From: Coriobacteriales bacterium
GTDB taxonomy: Bacteria > Actinomycetota > Coriobacteriia > Coriobacteriales > QAMH01
NCBI GenBank assembly: GCA_051876105.1
Contig: JBJEHN010000073.1
Coordinates: 4,555-68,554, forward strand
DNA: 64,000 nucleotides
Direction of reading: 5' to 3'
Position 1 is the stretch's first letter. Every line of letters begins with the position of its first letter. A model generated the notes under the pieces. It ran no database searches and was not told where the DNA came from. It worked only from the letters and a program-made list of their open reading frames with translations. Positions 53,447-63,768 of the stretch are shown here, piece after piece. The translations under genes were made by a program, and so were the position numbers.

Positions 53447-54991
53447 ATGGCTACGTCACAAGAAGACCTCGTCCCCACCATGGGCGCTGAGGACAGCCCC
53501 GAGGCAATATACGACGCGCGCACGCTGGGGGCGCCCAAGATGGTGGTGTTCGGGTTCCAGCACATGTTCGCGATGTTCGGTGCCACGATCCTAGTGCCCA
53601 TCCTCACCGGTCTCTCGGTCAGCGCGACGCTGCTCTTCGCCGGCTTGGGCACCCTGCTCTTCCATTTCCTGGCCAAGGGGCGCGTGCCTGCCTTCCTGGG
53701 CAGCTCCTTCGCCTTCATCGCAGGCTACGCCGCCATCGCCCCCAACGGCGAGGCGGAGCTGCTGCCCTACGCCTGCTTCGGCGTGGCGTGTGCGGGCCTG
53801 CTCTACCTGGTGCTCAGCGCCTGCTTCAAGGCCTTCGGCACCGAGCGTGTCATGCGCTTCTTCCCGCCGCTGGTCACCGGCCCCATCGTCATCGCCATCG
53901 GCCTCACCCTGGCGCCCAGCGCCATCAACAACTGCTCCGCCAACTGGCTCATGGCAGCTGTGGCCGTGGTGATCATCTTCATCTGCAACATCTGGGGCAA
54001 GGGCATGATCAAGATCATCCCCGTCCTCATGGGCGTGCTCGTCTCCTATGTGGCCGCGATGCTGCTCATCCCCACCTGCAGCCAGGTGGTCGACATCGCC
54101 GGCACCGCCACCTACTGCATGTTCGGCAACCCCAACCTGCAGCTCGTGAGCGTGGCCGCGCTCGAGGGCATCGCCACTGCCCCGTGGATCGGCCTGCCGG
54201 TGGCCTTTGACAACACGGTCTTCGGGCTGTTCGCCAACGGCTGCGACACCGGCCTGCTGATTACCGCCGTCATCACGATCATGCCGCTGGCCTTCGCCAC
54301 CATGATCGAGCACATCGGCGACGTCTCCGCCATCAGCTCCACCTGCAACCGCAACTTCATCGCCAACCCCGGCCTGCACCGCACCCTGCTCGGCGACGGC
54401 CTGGCCACTATCCTGGCAAGCCTCTTCGGCGCGCCGGCCAACACCACCTACGGCGAGAACACCGGCGTGCTCGCCCTCACCAAGGTCTACGACCCGCGCG
54501 TCGTACGCCTGGCGGCTTGCTTCGCCATCGTGTTCAGCTTCTGCCCCAAGTTCGCCGCAGTCATCGGCGCCATGCCCACCTGCGTCATCGGCGGCGTCTC
54601 CATGGTGCTCTACGGCATGATCTCTGCCGTGGGCGTGCGCAACCTGGTCGAGGCCCGCGTCGACTTCTCGCACACCCGCAACGTCCTCATCGCCGCCATC
54701 ATCCTGGTCCTGGCGCTGGGCATCGCCTACAGTGCCGGCGGCGCCATCGCCTTCACCGTGGGCGGCGTGGCCATCAGCCTTTCCGGCCTGGCCGTGGGCT
54801 CCCTGGCGGGCATCATCCTCAACGCCGTCCTGCCTGTTGACGACGACAAGCCCACGAACCCCCTCGAGGGCCCGAGCAAGGCCCTGCGCGAGCAGATGGA
54901 CGACCTGGGCACCCCCGTTAGCGCAGACGACCCGGCCACCGAGCTCGTCAACGCCGAGCGCAAGGCCAAGGAGCAGCTCGAGCGGCAGTAG
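53447..54991 (+). CDS. NCS2-family nucleobase permease (uracil/xanthine permease-like), divergent from upp
   Basis: 514 aa: FGFQHMFAMFGATILVP, about 12-14 TM segments, and a hydrophilic ~60-aa C-terminal tail. AAAGGAG RBS. Confidence 0.88.
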   Translation: MATSQEDLVPTMGAEDSPEAIYDARTLGAPKMVVFGFQHMFAMFGATILVPILTGLSVSATLLFAGLGTLLFHFLAKGRVPAFLGSSFAFIAGYAAIAPNGEAELLPYACFGVACAGLLYLVLSACFKAFGTERVMRFFPPLVTGPIVIAIGLTLAPSAINNCSANWLMAAVAVVIIFICNIWGKGMIKIIPVLMGVLVSYVAAMLLIPTCSQVVDIAGTATYCMFGNPNLQLVSVAALEGIATAPWIGLPVAFDNTVFGLFANGCDTGLLITAVITIMPLAFATMIEHIGDVSAISSTCNRNFIANPGLHRTLLGDGLATILASLFGAPANTTYGENTGVLALTKVYDPRVVRLAACFAIVFSFCPKFAAVIGAMPTCVIGGVSMVLYGMISAVGVRNLVEARVDFSHTRNVLIAAIILVLALGIAYSAGGAIAFTVGGVAISLSGLAVGSLAGIILNAVLPVDDDKPTNPLEGPSKALREQMDDLGTPVSADDPATELVNAERKAKEQLERQ

Positions 54992-55013
54992 CTGCCTCCC
55001 CCACAACAACGAG

Positions 55014-55050
55014 GGACGCCCCCGGCAGCAGCGCCGGGGGCGTCCTTTTC
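55014..55050 (+). terminator. Rho-independent terminator after the permease gene
   Basis: GGACGCCCCCGGC-AGCAGC-GCCGGGGGCGTCC (13-bp stem) followed by TTTTCTCG. It lies between convergent genes. Confidence 0.8.
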
Positions 55051-55077
55051 TCGTATCACAGTGTTCGGCGTCACGCC

Positions 55078-57567
55078 CTAGCGCTTGCCGCCGCGCTTGT
55101 TGGCGTTGAACTTGCCCCGGTTCTCCTTGCGAACCACGCCGCGCTTGGTGCCGGCGTCGCCGCGGGCCTGCATGTTCTTGGCACCGGCCAGGCCGCCCTT
55201 CTCCTTGCGCTGGGCGCGCGCCTGGCTGCGGGCCTCCTGGAGCTCGAACTCAGCGCGGGCCTCCCTGCCTGCCTTGACAGAAGCCTCGCTGTCGATGCGG
55301 TTGCCGTCGAAGGTCTTGCCCCAGCGTTGCTCGCGCTTGGCGGCGCGGCGCTCGGCCTCCTTCTCCTTGACCGTCTTCTTGGCGCCGGTGCGGTTGCGGA
55401 AGAGGTTGCCGGCAGTGCAGCCCTCCTCCTTCTCGAGCGGCTTGCCCTGCAGGGCGCGGCGGGCGCGGTAGAACTGCTCCTCGCCCTCCTGCTCTTCAAG
55501 CAGGGTGGTGTCGACGGCAAAGCCCGTGACGCCGGCGCGGCGCAGGTCGCCGATGGCATGGGAGATGTCGAGCTTGACGGCGTTGTAGAGGTGGCCGCGG
55601 CCGTAGATGTCAGCCGTGACCGGGAAGAGGTAGCCCTTGCGGTCCTTGTAGAAGCGCGGAGCTCCCTTGCGGCGCTTGCATTTGGCGCACTTGCCGTCGC
55701 AGGGGCCCTCTGCCATCAGGAAGCAGTGGTCCGAGACCATGAGCTCCTGCCTGCCGTGGACCACCACGCCCAGGGGCAGCGGGCTGGCGTCTGCGAGCTG
55801 CTTGATCTGGGCCAGCGTGAGCTCCGGGCTGATCCAGGCGAAGTCGGCACCCAGCGCCGCCCAGACGCGCAGGGCGTCGGAGTTGGTGGCGTAGAGCTTG
55901 GGGCCAGCGGCCTTGCCCGCCTCCAGCTCGCTGATGGTCTGGGCAACGCTGGTGGTCTCGTTGAAGTTGATGCGCGTGACGAAGGCGCTCATCTTGTCTG
56001 CCAGCTGGGGCACGGCGGAGGTGTCGAGCTTGCCGCAGGCCAGGCCCCTCTCGCGGGACTCGTGCGCAGCGAGGTCGAGCACGGCCTCCTCGTAGGCGGC
56101 GATGGCAGCGGCGCGGCACTTGTGCAGGGCGGAGAAGCCCATGCCCACACCTTCGTCGAGCTGGATGTCCCACTCGATGATGCGGTAGGGGGTGCCGCCC
56201 AGGCGGTTGACATGCTCCATGACGTCGTCTTCTGTGATGGCGATGCTGCGCGCCTCCTCCACCACGGCGCCCTCGGCCTGGCCGTGGTTGCCCTTGTCGT
56301 CGCTGACCACGACCATCAGGGGCTGGCCCTTGAGTGCGGTCACAGACGCGCGCAGGGCCACGGTCTGCAGGCCCTCCTGGGTGCGCTCGCGGCACTCGCG
56401 CGCCAAGGCGGCGCTGCGGATGCGGAAAAGGCGGTCTCCCGGGCTCACCGCGCCGCGGATGTAGAGCTCCACGCGGCCTGGGCGCAGGTCGTCTGCCTGC
56501 TGCACCTCGTAGGTGGTGCGGCCCTTGGAGGTCCAGACCTCCAGCAGGTCGCCAGCCTCGATCTGCTCGCTCGTCTCCACCTGGACCATGCCGTTGCGGA
56601 AGCCGGAGACCCTGCCCACCAGCACGCCGCGGTTGTTGGGGCGCTTGTAGCCCATCATCTCGTTGCCGCGCTCGCCAGCCAGATAGGCCGGGGAGAACCC
56701 GCGCGAGAAGGCCTCGGAGAGGCCGGCTTTCTCCTCGGGCGCTGCCTCATAGCCATCCTCCTCGAGCCAGGCGCGGTCGAGGGCGGCGCGGTAGGTGCCC
56801 ACCGCGGTGGAGACGTACTCGGCAGACTTCATGCGGCCCTCAATCTTGAGCGAGGCCACACCCGCCGCGATGAGCTGCGGCAGGTAGTCGATGCCCATGA
56901 GGTCCTTAGGGCTGAGCAGGTACTCGCCGGGGTCGGCGAGCTTCTTGCCGTCTGCATCGACGAGAGCGTAGGGCAGGCGGCAGGGCTGGGCGCACACGCC
57001 CCTGTTGGCGCTGCGGCCGCCGATGAGGCTGCTCAGCAGGCACTGGCCGCTCTGGCAGATGCACAGCGCGCCGTGGACGAAGACCTCGAGGTCCATGCCC
57101 AGCTCGGCCAGCTTGGCGATCTGCTCGACGGAGAGCTCGCGGGCCAGGGTCACGCGGCCGAAGCCCAGCTGGCGCGCGAACTCGATGCCCTTGGCGTCGC
57201 GGATGTTCATCTGGGTGGAGGTGTGCAGCTCCAGCTGGGGCAGCTCCTCGCGCAGGCGCTGGGCCAGGCCCACGTCCTGGATGATGGCGGCGTCGACGCC
57301 GGCCTCCGCGGCAGAGCACACCAGGCCCAGCGCCTGGTCCATCTCGCCGGGGTAGACCAAGGTGTTGGCGGTGAGGTAGACCTTGCGGCCCCTCAGGTGG
57401 GCATCGCGGCAGGCGGCCTTGAGGTCCTCCGGCGCGAAGTTATCTGCGTTGCAGCGGGCGTTGAAGCCCTCCCCCGCCCCCAGGTAGATGGCATCTGCGC
57501 CGGCGGCCAGGGCGGCCTCGAAGGCCTCGCGGTTGCCGGCAGGGGCAAGGAGCTCGGGTTTTCTCAT
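55078..57567 (-). CDS. U32-family peptidase, long form, with a highly basic C-terminal tail
   Basis: 829 aa from MRKPELLAPAGNREAFEAALAAGADAIYLG (typical U32 N-terminus). The last ~110 aa are K/R/E/A-rich. The 938-aa track ORF is an upstream extension. Confidence 0.85.
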   Translation of the reverse strand: MRKPELLAPAGNREAFEAALAAGADAIYLGAGEGFNARCNADNFAPEDLKAACRDAHLRGRKVYLTANTLVYPGEMDQALGLVCSAAEAGVDAAIIQDVGLAQRLREELPQLELHTSTQMNIRDAKGIEFARQLGFGRVTLARELSVEQIAKLAELGMDLEVFVHGALCICQSGQCLLSSLIGGRSANRGVCAQPCRLPYALVDADGKKLADPGEYLLSPKDLMGIDYLPQLIAAGVASLKIEGRMKSAEYVSTAVGTYRAALDRAWLEEDGYEAAPEEKAGLSEAFSRGFSPAYLAGERGNEMMGYKRPNNRGVLVGRVSGFRNGMVQVETSEQIEAGDLLEVWTSKGRTTYEVQQADDLRPGRVELYIRGAVSPGDRLFRIRSAALARECRERTQEGLQTVALRASVTALKGQPLMVVVSDDKGNHGQAEGAVVEEARSIAITEDDVMEHVNRLGGTPYRIIEWDIQLDEGVGMGFSALHKCRAAAIAAYEEAVLDLAAHESRERGLACGKLDTSAVPQLADKMSAFVTRINFNETTSVAQTISELEAGKAAGPKLYATNSDALRVWAALGADFAWISPELTLAQIKQLADASPLPLGVVVHGRQELMVSDHCFLMAEGPCDGKCAKCKRRKGAPRFYKDRKGYLFPVTADIYGRGHLYNAVKLDISHAIGDLRRAGVTGFAVDTTLLEEQEGEEQFYRARRALQGKPLEKEEGCTAGNLFRNRTGAKKTVKEKEAERRAAKREQRWGKTFDGNRIDSEASVKAGREARAEFELQEARSQARAQRKEKGGLAGAKNMQARGDAGTKRGVVRKENRGKFNANKRGGKR

Positions 57568-57683
57568 AACGTCTCTCGTCCTTTCTTCAGGGCGTCCTAC
57601 AGCCCTCCGGCGCCTTTCGACGGCGCGCGCGGGGGCTGTCTCATCTCGTGCAAGCGGGCCGGACCCGCTCCGTTCCTTGGGTT

Positions 57684-59102
<1,419 letters not shown>

Positions 59103-59159
59103 GATGATCCTCTCGCACCGCCGCTCAGGCAGCGGGACTGGTTTACCGGTGAATGCAAG

Positions 59160-59183
59160 CGTTTCATTGTATCAGGTGAAACG
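59160..59183. promoter_or_regulatory. Inverted repeat overlapping a TACAAT -10 box upstream of argH (candidate operator)
   Basis: CGTTTCA-N10-TGAAACG. On the minus strand the spacer contains TACAAT (59171-59166). The adjacent TGAAACGCTTGCATTCA is loosely ARG-box-like. Confidence 0.35.
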
Positions 59184-59192
59184 TATGTGCAC

Positions 59193-59237
59193 ACAGCAAA
59201 GCGGCCCGGGCCCCGCACACGCGGGAACCCGGGCCGC
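59193..59237 (-). terminator. Rho-independent terminator after the NSS transporter gene
   Basis: GCGGCCCGGG(CCCCGC-ACAC-GCGGG)AACCCGGGCCGC forms a nested stem, followed on the minus strand by TTTGCTGTG. Confidence 0.65.
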
Positions 59238-59258
59238 TGGGCAGGCAGCCTCAGGCCG

Positions 59259-60641
59259 CTAGAACGATATGACGCCGAACTGCGCGCCCACGTAGGCGAG
59301 CAGCACCACGAAGACCAGGATGGGGGCGATGTACTTGATCATCACGGTCCAGGCACCCGCCAGCTTGAACGGGGAGGACTTGCGCACTTCCTCGACCAGG
59401 GTCTTGGGCTTCATCACAAAGCCCACGAAGAGGCAGGTGAGGATGCAGACCACGGGCATCATGACGGTGTTGGACAGGAAGTCCGCCAGGTCGAGCAGCG
59501 AGCTGCCCTCGCCCAGGGGCTGGATGAAGCTCAGGACGTTGTAGCCCGCGTTGATGAGGCAGCCCATGAGAAGGGTGTAGACGGCGATGATGACGCCGGC
59601 CTTGGTGCGGGAGCACTTCATGCCGTCTGCCACGATGCTCACGCAGGCCTCGGCGATGGAGATGGCCGAGGTGACAGCCGCGAAGAGCGCCAGCAGGAAG
59701 AACAGGAAGCCCACAACCTGCGCGGCCCCGCCCATGCGGGCGAAGACCTGGGGCAGGGTGATGAACATGAGGCCGGGGCCGGAGGAGGAGGCGACCGCCT
59801 CCGCGCTGCCCAGGGCGGCGAAGGCGCCGGGGACGATCATCAGGCCGGCGAGGATGGAGACCAGCAGGTCGAAACCCACGATTTGGGTGGTGGAGCTGGT
59901 GAGGGACTCATCGTCTTTCACATAGGAGCCGTAGGTGACCATGATGGCCATAGCGATGGACAGGCTGAAGAAGCACTGGCCGATCGCAGCGAGCACCAGC
60001 TCGGGCGACATCTTGGAGAAGTCCGGGGTGAAGAAGTACCTCACGCCGTCCAGGGCGCCGGGGATGGTCATGGTGAAGATGGCGATGCCGACGGCCATGA
60101 GGATGAGCAGGGGCATGAGGACCAGGTTGATGCGCTCGATGCCGCCCTTGACGCCCATGAAGATGATGGCCATGACGATGGCGGCGAACAGGATCATCCA
60201 CAGGTAGCTCTCCAAGCCGCCACCGATGAAGCCCACGAAGAACCCGCCGCCGTCTGCCAGAGCAGCCGGGCTGGAGGTGATGTAGGCGGCGGTGTACTTG
60301 GCGACCCAGCCGCCGATGATGCTGTAGTAGGGCAGGATGATGAAGGGGACAGCCGCGGCCAGGATGCCGATGATGCTGTACTTCTTGCCGTAGCGGCTGA
60401 AGACGCCCACCACGGATTGCTTGGCGTTGCGGCCGAGGGCGATGTCCTGCAGCAGCAGGGAGATGCCCAGCGTGAACACGCAGATCAGGTACACCAGCAG
60501 GAAGGTGCCTCCACCGTACTTGGCGTCCAAGTAGGGGAAGCGCCACATGTTGCCCAGGCCCACGGCGGAGCCTGCGCCGGCCAGCACGAAGGCCCATTTG
60601 CCGGACCACGACGCGCGGGCGTGCTTCTTCTCGTTATCCAT
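59259..60641 (-). CDS. Sodium-dependent transporter, NSS/SNF family
   Basis: About 460 aa: GSAVGLGNMWRFPY, about 11-12 TM segments. ATG 60641 has GAGGAAG upstream. Confidence 0.9.
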   Translation of the reverse strand: MDNEKKHARASWSGKWAFVLAGAGSAVGLGNMWRFPYLDAKYGGGTFLLVYLICVFTLGISLLLQDIALGRNAKQSVVGVFSRYGKKYSIIGILAAAVPFIILPYYSIIGGWVAKYTAAYITSSPAALADGGGFFVGFIGGGLESYLWMILFAAIVMAIIFMGVKGGIERINLVLMPLLILMAVGIAIFTMTIPGALDGVRYFFTPDFSKMSPELVLAAIGQCFFSLSIAMAIMVTYGSYVKDDESLTSSTTQIVGFDLLVSILAGLMIVPGAFAALGSAEAVASSSGPGLMFITLPQVFARMGGAAQVVGFLFFLLALFAAVTSAISIAEACVSIVADGMKCSRTKAGVIIAVYTLLMGCLINAGYNVLSFIQPLGEGSSLLDLADFLSNTVMMPVVCILTCLFVGFVMKPKTLVEEVRKSSPFKLAGAWTVMIKYIAPILVFVVLLAYVGAQFGVISF

Positions 60642-60810
60642 ACTCTTCCTCACTCGCACTCAGTAACAAAACGGTTACAGGTGACTCGAGACTTTACCAT
60701 CTGGAAGAGCCGGATTAAACGGGGATTTGAACTCGCTCCGCCAAGGGGCCCCTGTCCGCCAACCTGCGCTAGACTTACGGCGTCTTGACAACCCTGCGAT
60801 TGGAGCGCCC

Positions 60811-62322
60811 ATGTTCCAGCACGACAGAATCTGGATGGCGGCGGGCGAGAACCCCTGCAGCCTGCTCTTGAACCAAGCCAACCGCCACGGCCTGATCGCC
60901 GGGGCATCCGGCACCGGCAAGACCGTCACCCTCAAGGTGATGGCAGAGGGCTTCTCCAAGGCGGGCGTGCCCGTCTTCCTAGCAGACGCAAAGGGCGACG
61001 TGCTGGGCATGTGCCAGCCGGGCGAGAGCTCGGAGAAGATGCAGGCGCGCATCGAGCGCTTCGGCATCGAGGACTGGCGCTACGAGGGCTGCCCCTGCCG
61101 GCTGTGGAACATACTCGAGGGCCAGGGTCTGCCGGTGCGCGTCACCGTGAGCGACATGGGCCCGCTGCTGCTCTCGCGCCTGCTGGGGCTCACGGAAGTC
61201 CAGGAGGGTGTGCTCAACATCGCCTTTCGTGTGGCAGACGACCAGCAGCTCCTGCTCATCGACCTCAAGGACCTGCGCTCCATGCTCAACCACCTGGCCG
61301 AGCACGCCAAGGAGATTGAGACCACCTACGGCAAGGTCTCGAGCGCCTCCGTGGGTGCCATCCTGCGCGCGCTCATCGCCGTGGAGGACCAGGGCGGCGA
61401 GCGCTTCTTCGGAGAGCCTGCCTTGCAGCTCAGCGACTGGTTCAGCTGCACGGAAGACGGCCAGGGCTACGTCAACATCCTCGACGCGCGCGGCCTCATC
61501 CAAAGCCCGCAGGTCTACTCGATGTTCCTGCTGTGGATGATGAGCGAGCTCTTCGAGGCCCTGCCCGAGGTGGGCGACCCGGACAAGCCGCGCTTCGTCT
61601 TCTTCTTCGACGAGGCGCACCTGCTCTTCAACGGCATGCCCAAAGAACTGCTGTCCAAGATCGTGCAGGTGGTCAAGCTCATCCGCTCCAAGGGCGTCGG
61701 GATCTACTTCATCACCCAGAGCCCCAGCGACATCCCAGACGAGGTGCTCGCCCAGCTCTCCAACCGCGTGCAGCACGGGCTGCGCGCCTACACCCCCGCC
61801 GAGCAGAAGGCCGTGCGTGCCGCCGCGCAGAGCTTCCGCGCCAACCCGGCCTTCAAGACCGAGGACGCCATCATGAACCTCGGCACCGGCGAGGCGCTCG
61901 TGAGCTTCCTCGACGAGGAGGGCCGCCCCTCCGTTGTCGAGAACGCCAAGATCCTGCCGCCCCAGTGCCTCATGGCCGCCCCCGAGCAGCGCTACGTGGA
62001 CGTGGTCTTGGCAGAGCAGGCAGAGCTCATGGGCAAGTACGGCGCCGCCGTTGACCGCGAGAGCGCCTACGAGCAGCTGGCCGAGGCCGCGCAGAGGCAG
62101 GCCGAGCAGGCCGCCCTGGAGGCAGAGCGCGCTGCCCTTGAGAAGGAGAGGGAGCAGCTCGCCAAGGAGAAGGAGCGCCAGGAGAAGGCCGCTGCGAAGA
62201 AGGCCAGCGGCTCCAAGCGCATGAGCGCTACCGAGCGCGCCGTGGGCAACATGGCAAGCACCATCGGCCGCGAGGTGGGCAAGCAGCTCATACGCGGTAT
62301 CTTCGGCTCGCTGAAGAGATAG
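60811..62322 (+). CDS. DUF853/YjgR-family (HerA-like) P-loop ATPase
   Basis: 503 aa from MFQHDRIWMAAGE; Walker A GASGTGKT, Walker B-like FVFFFDEAHLLF, and a C-terminal coiled-coil/basic tail. Confidence 0.85.
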   Translation: MFQHDRIWMAAGENPCSLLLNQANRHGLIAGASGTGKTVTLKVMAEGFSKAGVPVFLADAKGDVLGMCQPGESSEKMQARIERFGIEDWRYEGCPCRLWNILEGQGLPVRVTVSDMGPLLLSRLLGLTEVQEGVLNIAFRVADDQQLLLIDLKDLRSMLNHLAEHAKEIETTYGKVSSASVGAILRALIAVEDQGGERFFGEPALQLSDWFSCTEDGQGYVNILDARGLIQSPQVYSMFLLWMMSELFEALPEVGDPDKPRFVFFFDEAHLLFNGMPKELLSKIVQVVKLIRSKGVGIYFITQSPSDIPDEVLAQLSNRVQHGLRAYTPAEQKAVRAAAQSFRANPAFKTEDAIMNLGTGEALVSFLDEEGRPSVVENAKILPPQCLMAAPEQRYVDVVLAEQAELMGKYGAAVDRESAYEQLAEAAQRQAEQAALEAERAALEKEREQLAKEKERQEKAAAKKASGSKRMSATERAVGNMASTIGREVGKQLIRGIFGSLKR

Positions 62323-62373
62323 GGTGCTACCCTTCTAGGAGCGCATGATTCCCACCAACGAGAGGAGACCACC

Positions 62374-62763
62374 GTGACCGACCCGGATTGCATCTTCTGC
62401 AAAATCGGTGCCCATGAGATCGGCACCAAGGTTGTGTACGAGAACGAGCATGTCATCGCCTTCGACGACATGGAGCCCCTGATGCCCGTCCACACCTTGA
62501 TCATCCCCAAGGACCACTACGCCAACATCGGCGACAACGTCCCCGAGGAGACCCTGGGCCACGTCTTCGCCGCCGTGAAGGAGGTCGCAGCCATCAAGGA
62601 GCTCACCAACGGCTACCGCCTGCTGATCAACACGGGCGAGGACGCCAGCCAGAGCGTCCCGCACTTCCACGTGCATGTGCTCGGCGGCGGCTGGATGCCC
62701 CGCCCCAACGACCAGGACTGGGGCCCCAACGCCACCAACGCTGCCGAGCTGGGCTACAAGTAA
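62374..62763 (+). CDS. HIT-family (histidine triad) protein
   Basis: 129 aa: CIFCKI..., HFHVHVLGG. GTG start with GAGGAG 7 nt upstream. Confidence 0.92.
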   Translation: MTDPDCIFCKIGAHEIGTKVVYENEHVIAFDDMEPLMPVHTLIIPKDHYANIGDNVPEETLGHVFAAVKEVAAIKELTNGYRLLINTGEDASQSVPHFHVHVLGGGWMPRPNDQDWGPNATNAAELGYK

Positions 62764-62778
62764 ACCAGCAAGGGCACG

Positions 62779-62819
62779 GAAAATGGGACAGTGGGGACAG
62801 TCCCCACTGTCCCATTTTC
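62779..62819. repeat. Palindromic repeat element, copy 2: 41-bp perfect palindrome acting as a bidirectional terminator
   Basis: GAAAATGGGACAGTGGGGAC-A-GTCCCCACTGTCCCATTTTC: 20-bp perfect arms, with an A-tract on the 5' side and a T-tract on the 3' side. It lies between the convergent HIT gene (stop 62763) and DUF2064 gene (stop 62821). Confidence 0.9.
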
Positions 62820-62820
62820 G

Positions 62821-63675
62821 TTATAGGTCGATCTCGTCGCGGGGGTCGAAGAGGTCGTTGGGCATGACGCGCACGTCGACCAGCCCCAGCTCGCCCAAGG
62901 CGGCGAGCGTGCGGTATGGAACGGTCAGGTCATCCTGGAAGCGCGCGGCATATTCGATGGCCTGCATGAGCGTGATGTTGTGGCGCAGATCCGCCCAGGT
63001 GTCGACATCCGGCATGGCCGGGAGGTAGTGCGCCGGCAGCCCCAGGCGGCGGGCTTTATCGATGTAGGCGGGCAGGACGGTGAGGCCGTTGGCGCAGTAG
63101 TAGACGCCGCTGTGGTCGAAGGGCGTCTGGCGCGTCCAGCCCACGATGCTCACACCCATCTCCTGGTCCGGGCTCAAGACGATGCCGCCGCGCTCCTTCT
63201 CGCACAGGCGGTGCAGGTAGCTGAAGCCCAGCTCGAGCACGTCTTGGGTAAGGGCGGGCATGTCACAGCCCATGGAGAGCACGGTGCTGTAGCCCATCTC
63301 CCACACCTGCTGGAAGGCATCGTTGTAGTGCTCGTCGAAGCTGGCACCGTTGTCTTGGATGAAGGTGATGGGGCGCGGCCAGCTGCCAGATGCAGCGAAG
63401 AGCGCGCGCATGGCCTCCTGCTGGGCCTGCCCGGGACTCGAGATGATGATGTCGTAGCTGTCCAGCGGCTGCGCGCCGGCGCTGGCGCTGGCGGCCTCGA
63501 GCCGCGCCGCAAAGCTGCAGCAGCACTCCACAACGTCGAAGAGCATGCAATGGTAGAGGTTGCTCGCCCACTCCGGGGCCAGAAAGCCGTCCTTGAGCGT
63601 GGTGAGCCTGGTTTTGACCTTGCCCTCCTGCGGGACCTTGCTGAAGAGCAGGATGGCGTTCTTGCGCTGCTGCAC
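62821..63675 (-). CDS. DUF2064-family (TIGR04282-like, nucleotidyl/glycosyl-transferase fold) protein
   Basis: NAILLFSKVPQEGKVKTRL matches the DUF2064 N-terminal signature as I remember it. The likely start is GTG 63675 (GAGGAG 6 nt upstream); the track uses GTG 63735. Confidence 0.7.
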   Translation of the reverse strand: MQQRKNAILLFSKVPQEGKVKTRLTTLKDGFLAPEWASNLYHCMLFDVVECCCSFAARLEAASASAGAQPLDSYDIIISSPGQAQQEAMRALFAASGSWPRPITFIQDNGASFDEHYNDAFQQVWEMGYSTVLSMGCDMPALTQDVLELGFSYLHRLCEKERGGIVLSPDQEMGVSIVGWTRQTPFDHSGVYYCANGLTVLPAYIDKARRLGLPAHYLPAMPDVDTWADLRHNITLMQAIEYAARFQDDLTVPYRTLAALGELGLVDVRVMPNDLFDPRDEIDL

Positions 63676-63732
63676 GGGAGCCTCCTCGTATCGGTGTGCA
63701 GGCCAGAGTATAAGCGCGCCGCCCCCTGCAAG

Positions 63733-63768
63733 CACCGAGGCCCGGCTGTTGGGAGCCGGGCCTCGGTG
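63733..63768 (-). other. Strong hairpin in the DUF2064-gene upstream region
   Basis: CACCGAGGCCCGGC-N8-GCCGGGCCTCGGTG (14-bp stem). It is either the terminator of an upstream minus-strand gene outside the window or part of a structured leader. Confidence 0.45.

Noticed and set aside
60715-60745. tRNA-like fragment (GGGGATTTGAACTC, resembling a reverse-complemented T-arm) in the NSS/DUF853 divergent region
   Set aside because: The flanking bases cannot form a T-stem or acceptor stem, and there is no anticodon arm. The resemblance to the GTTCAAATC T-loop is coincidental.
60785-60790. Perfect TTGACA -35 box upstream of the DUF853 gene
   Set aside because: No acceptable -10 hexamer lies 16-18 nt downstream (that position reads CCCATG, overlapping the start codon), so I do not call a promoter.
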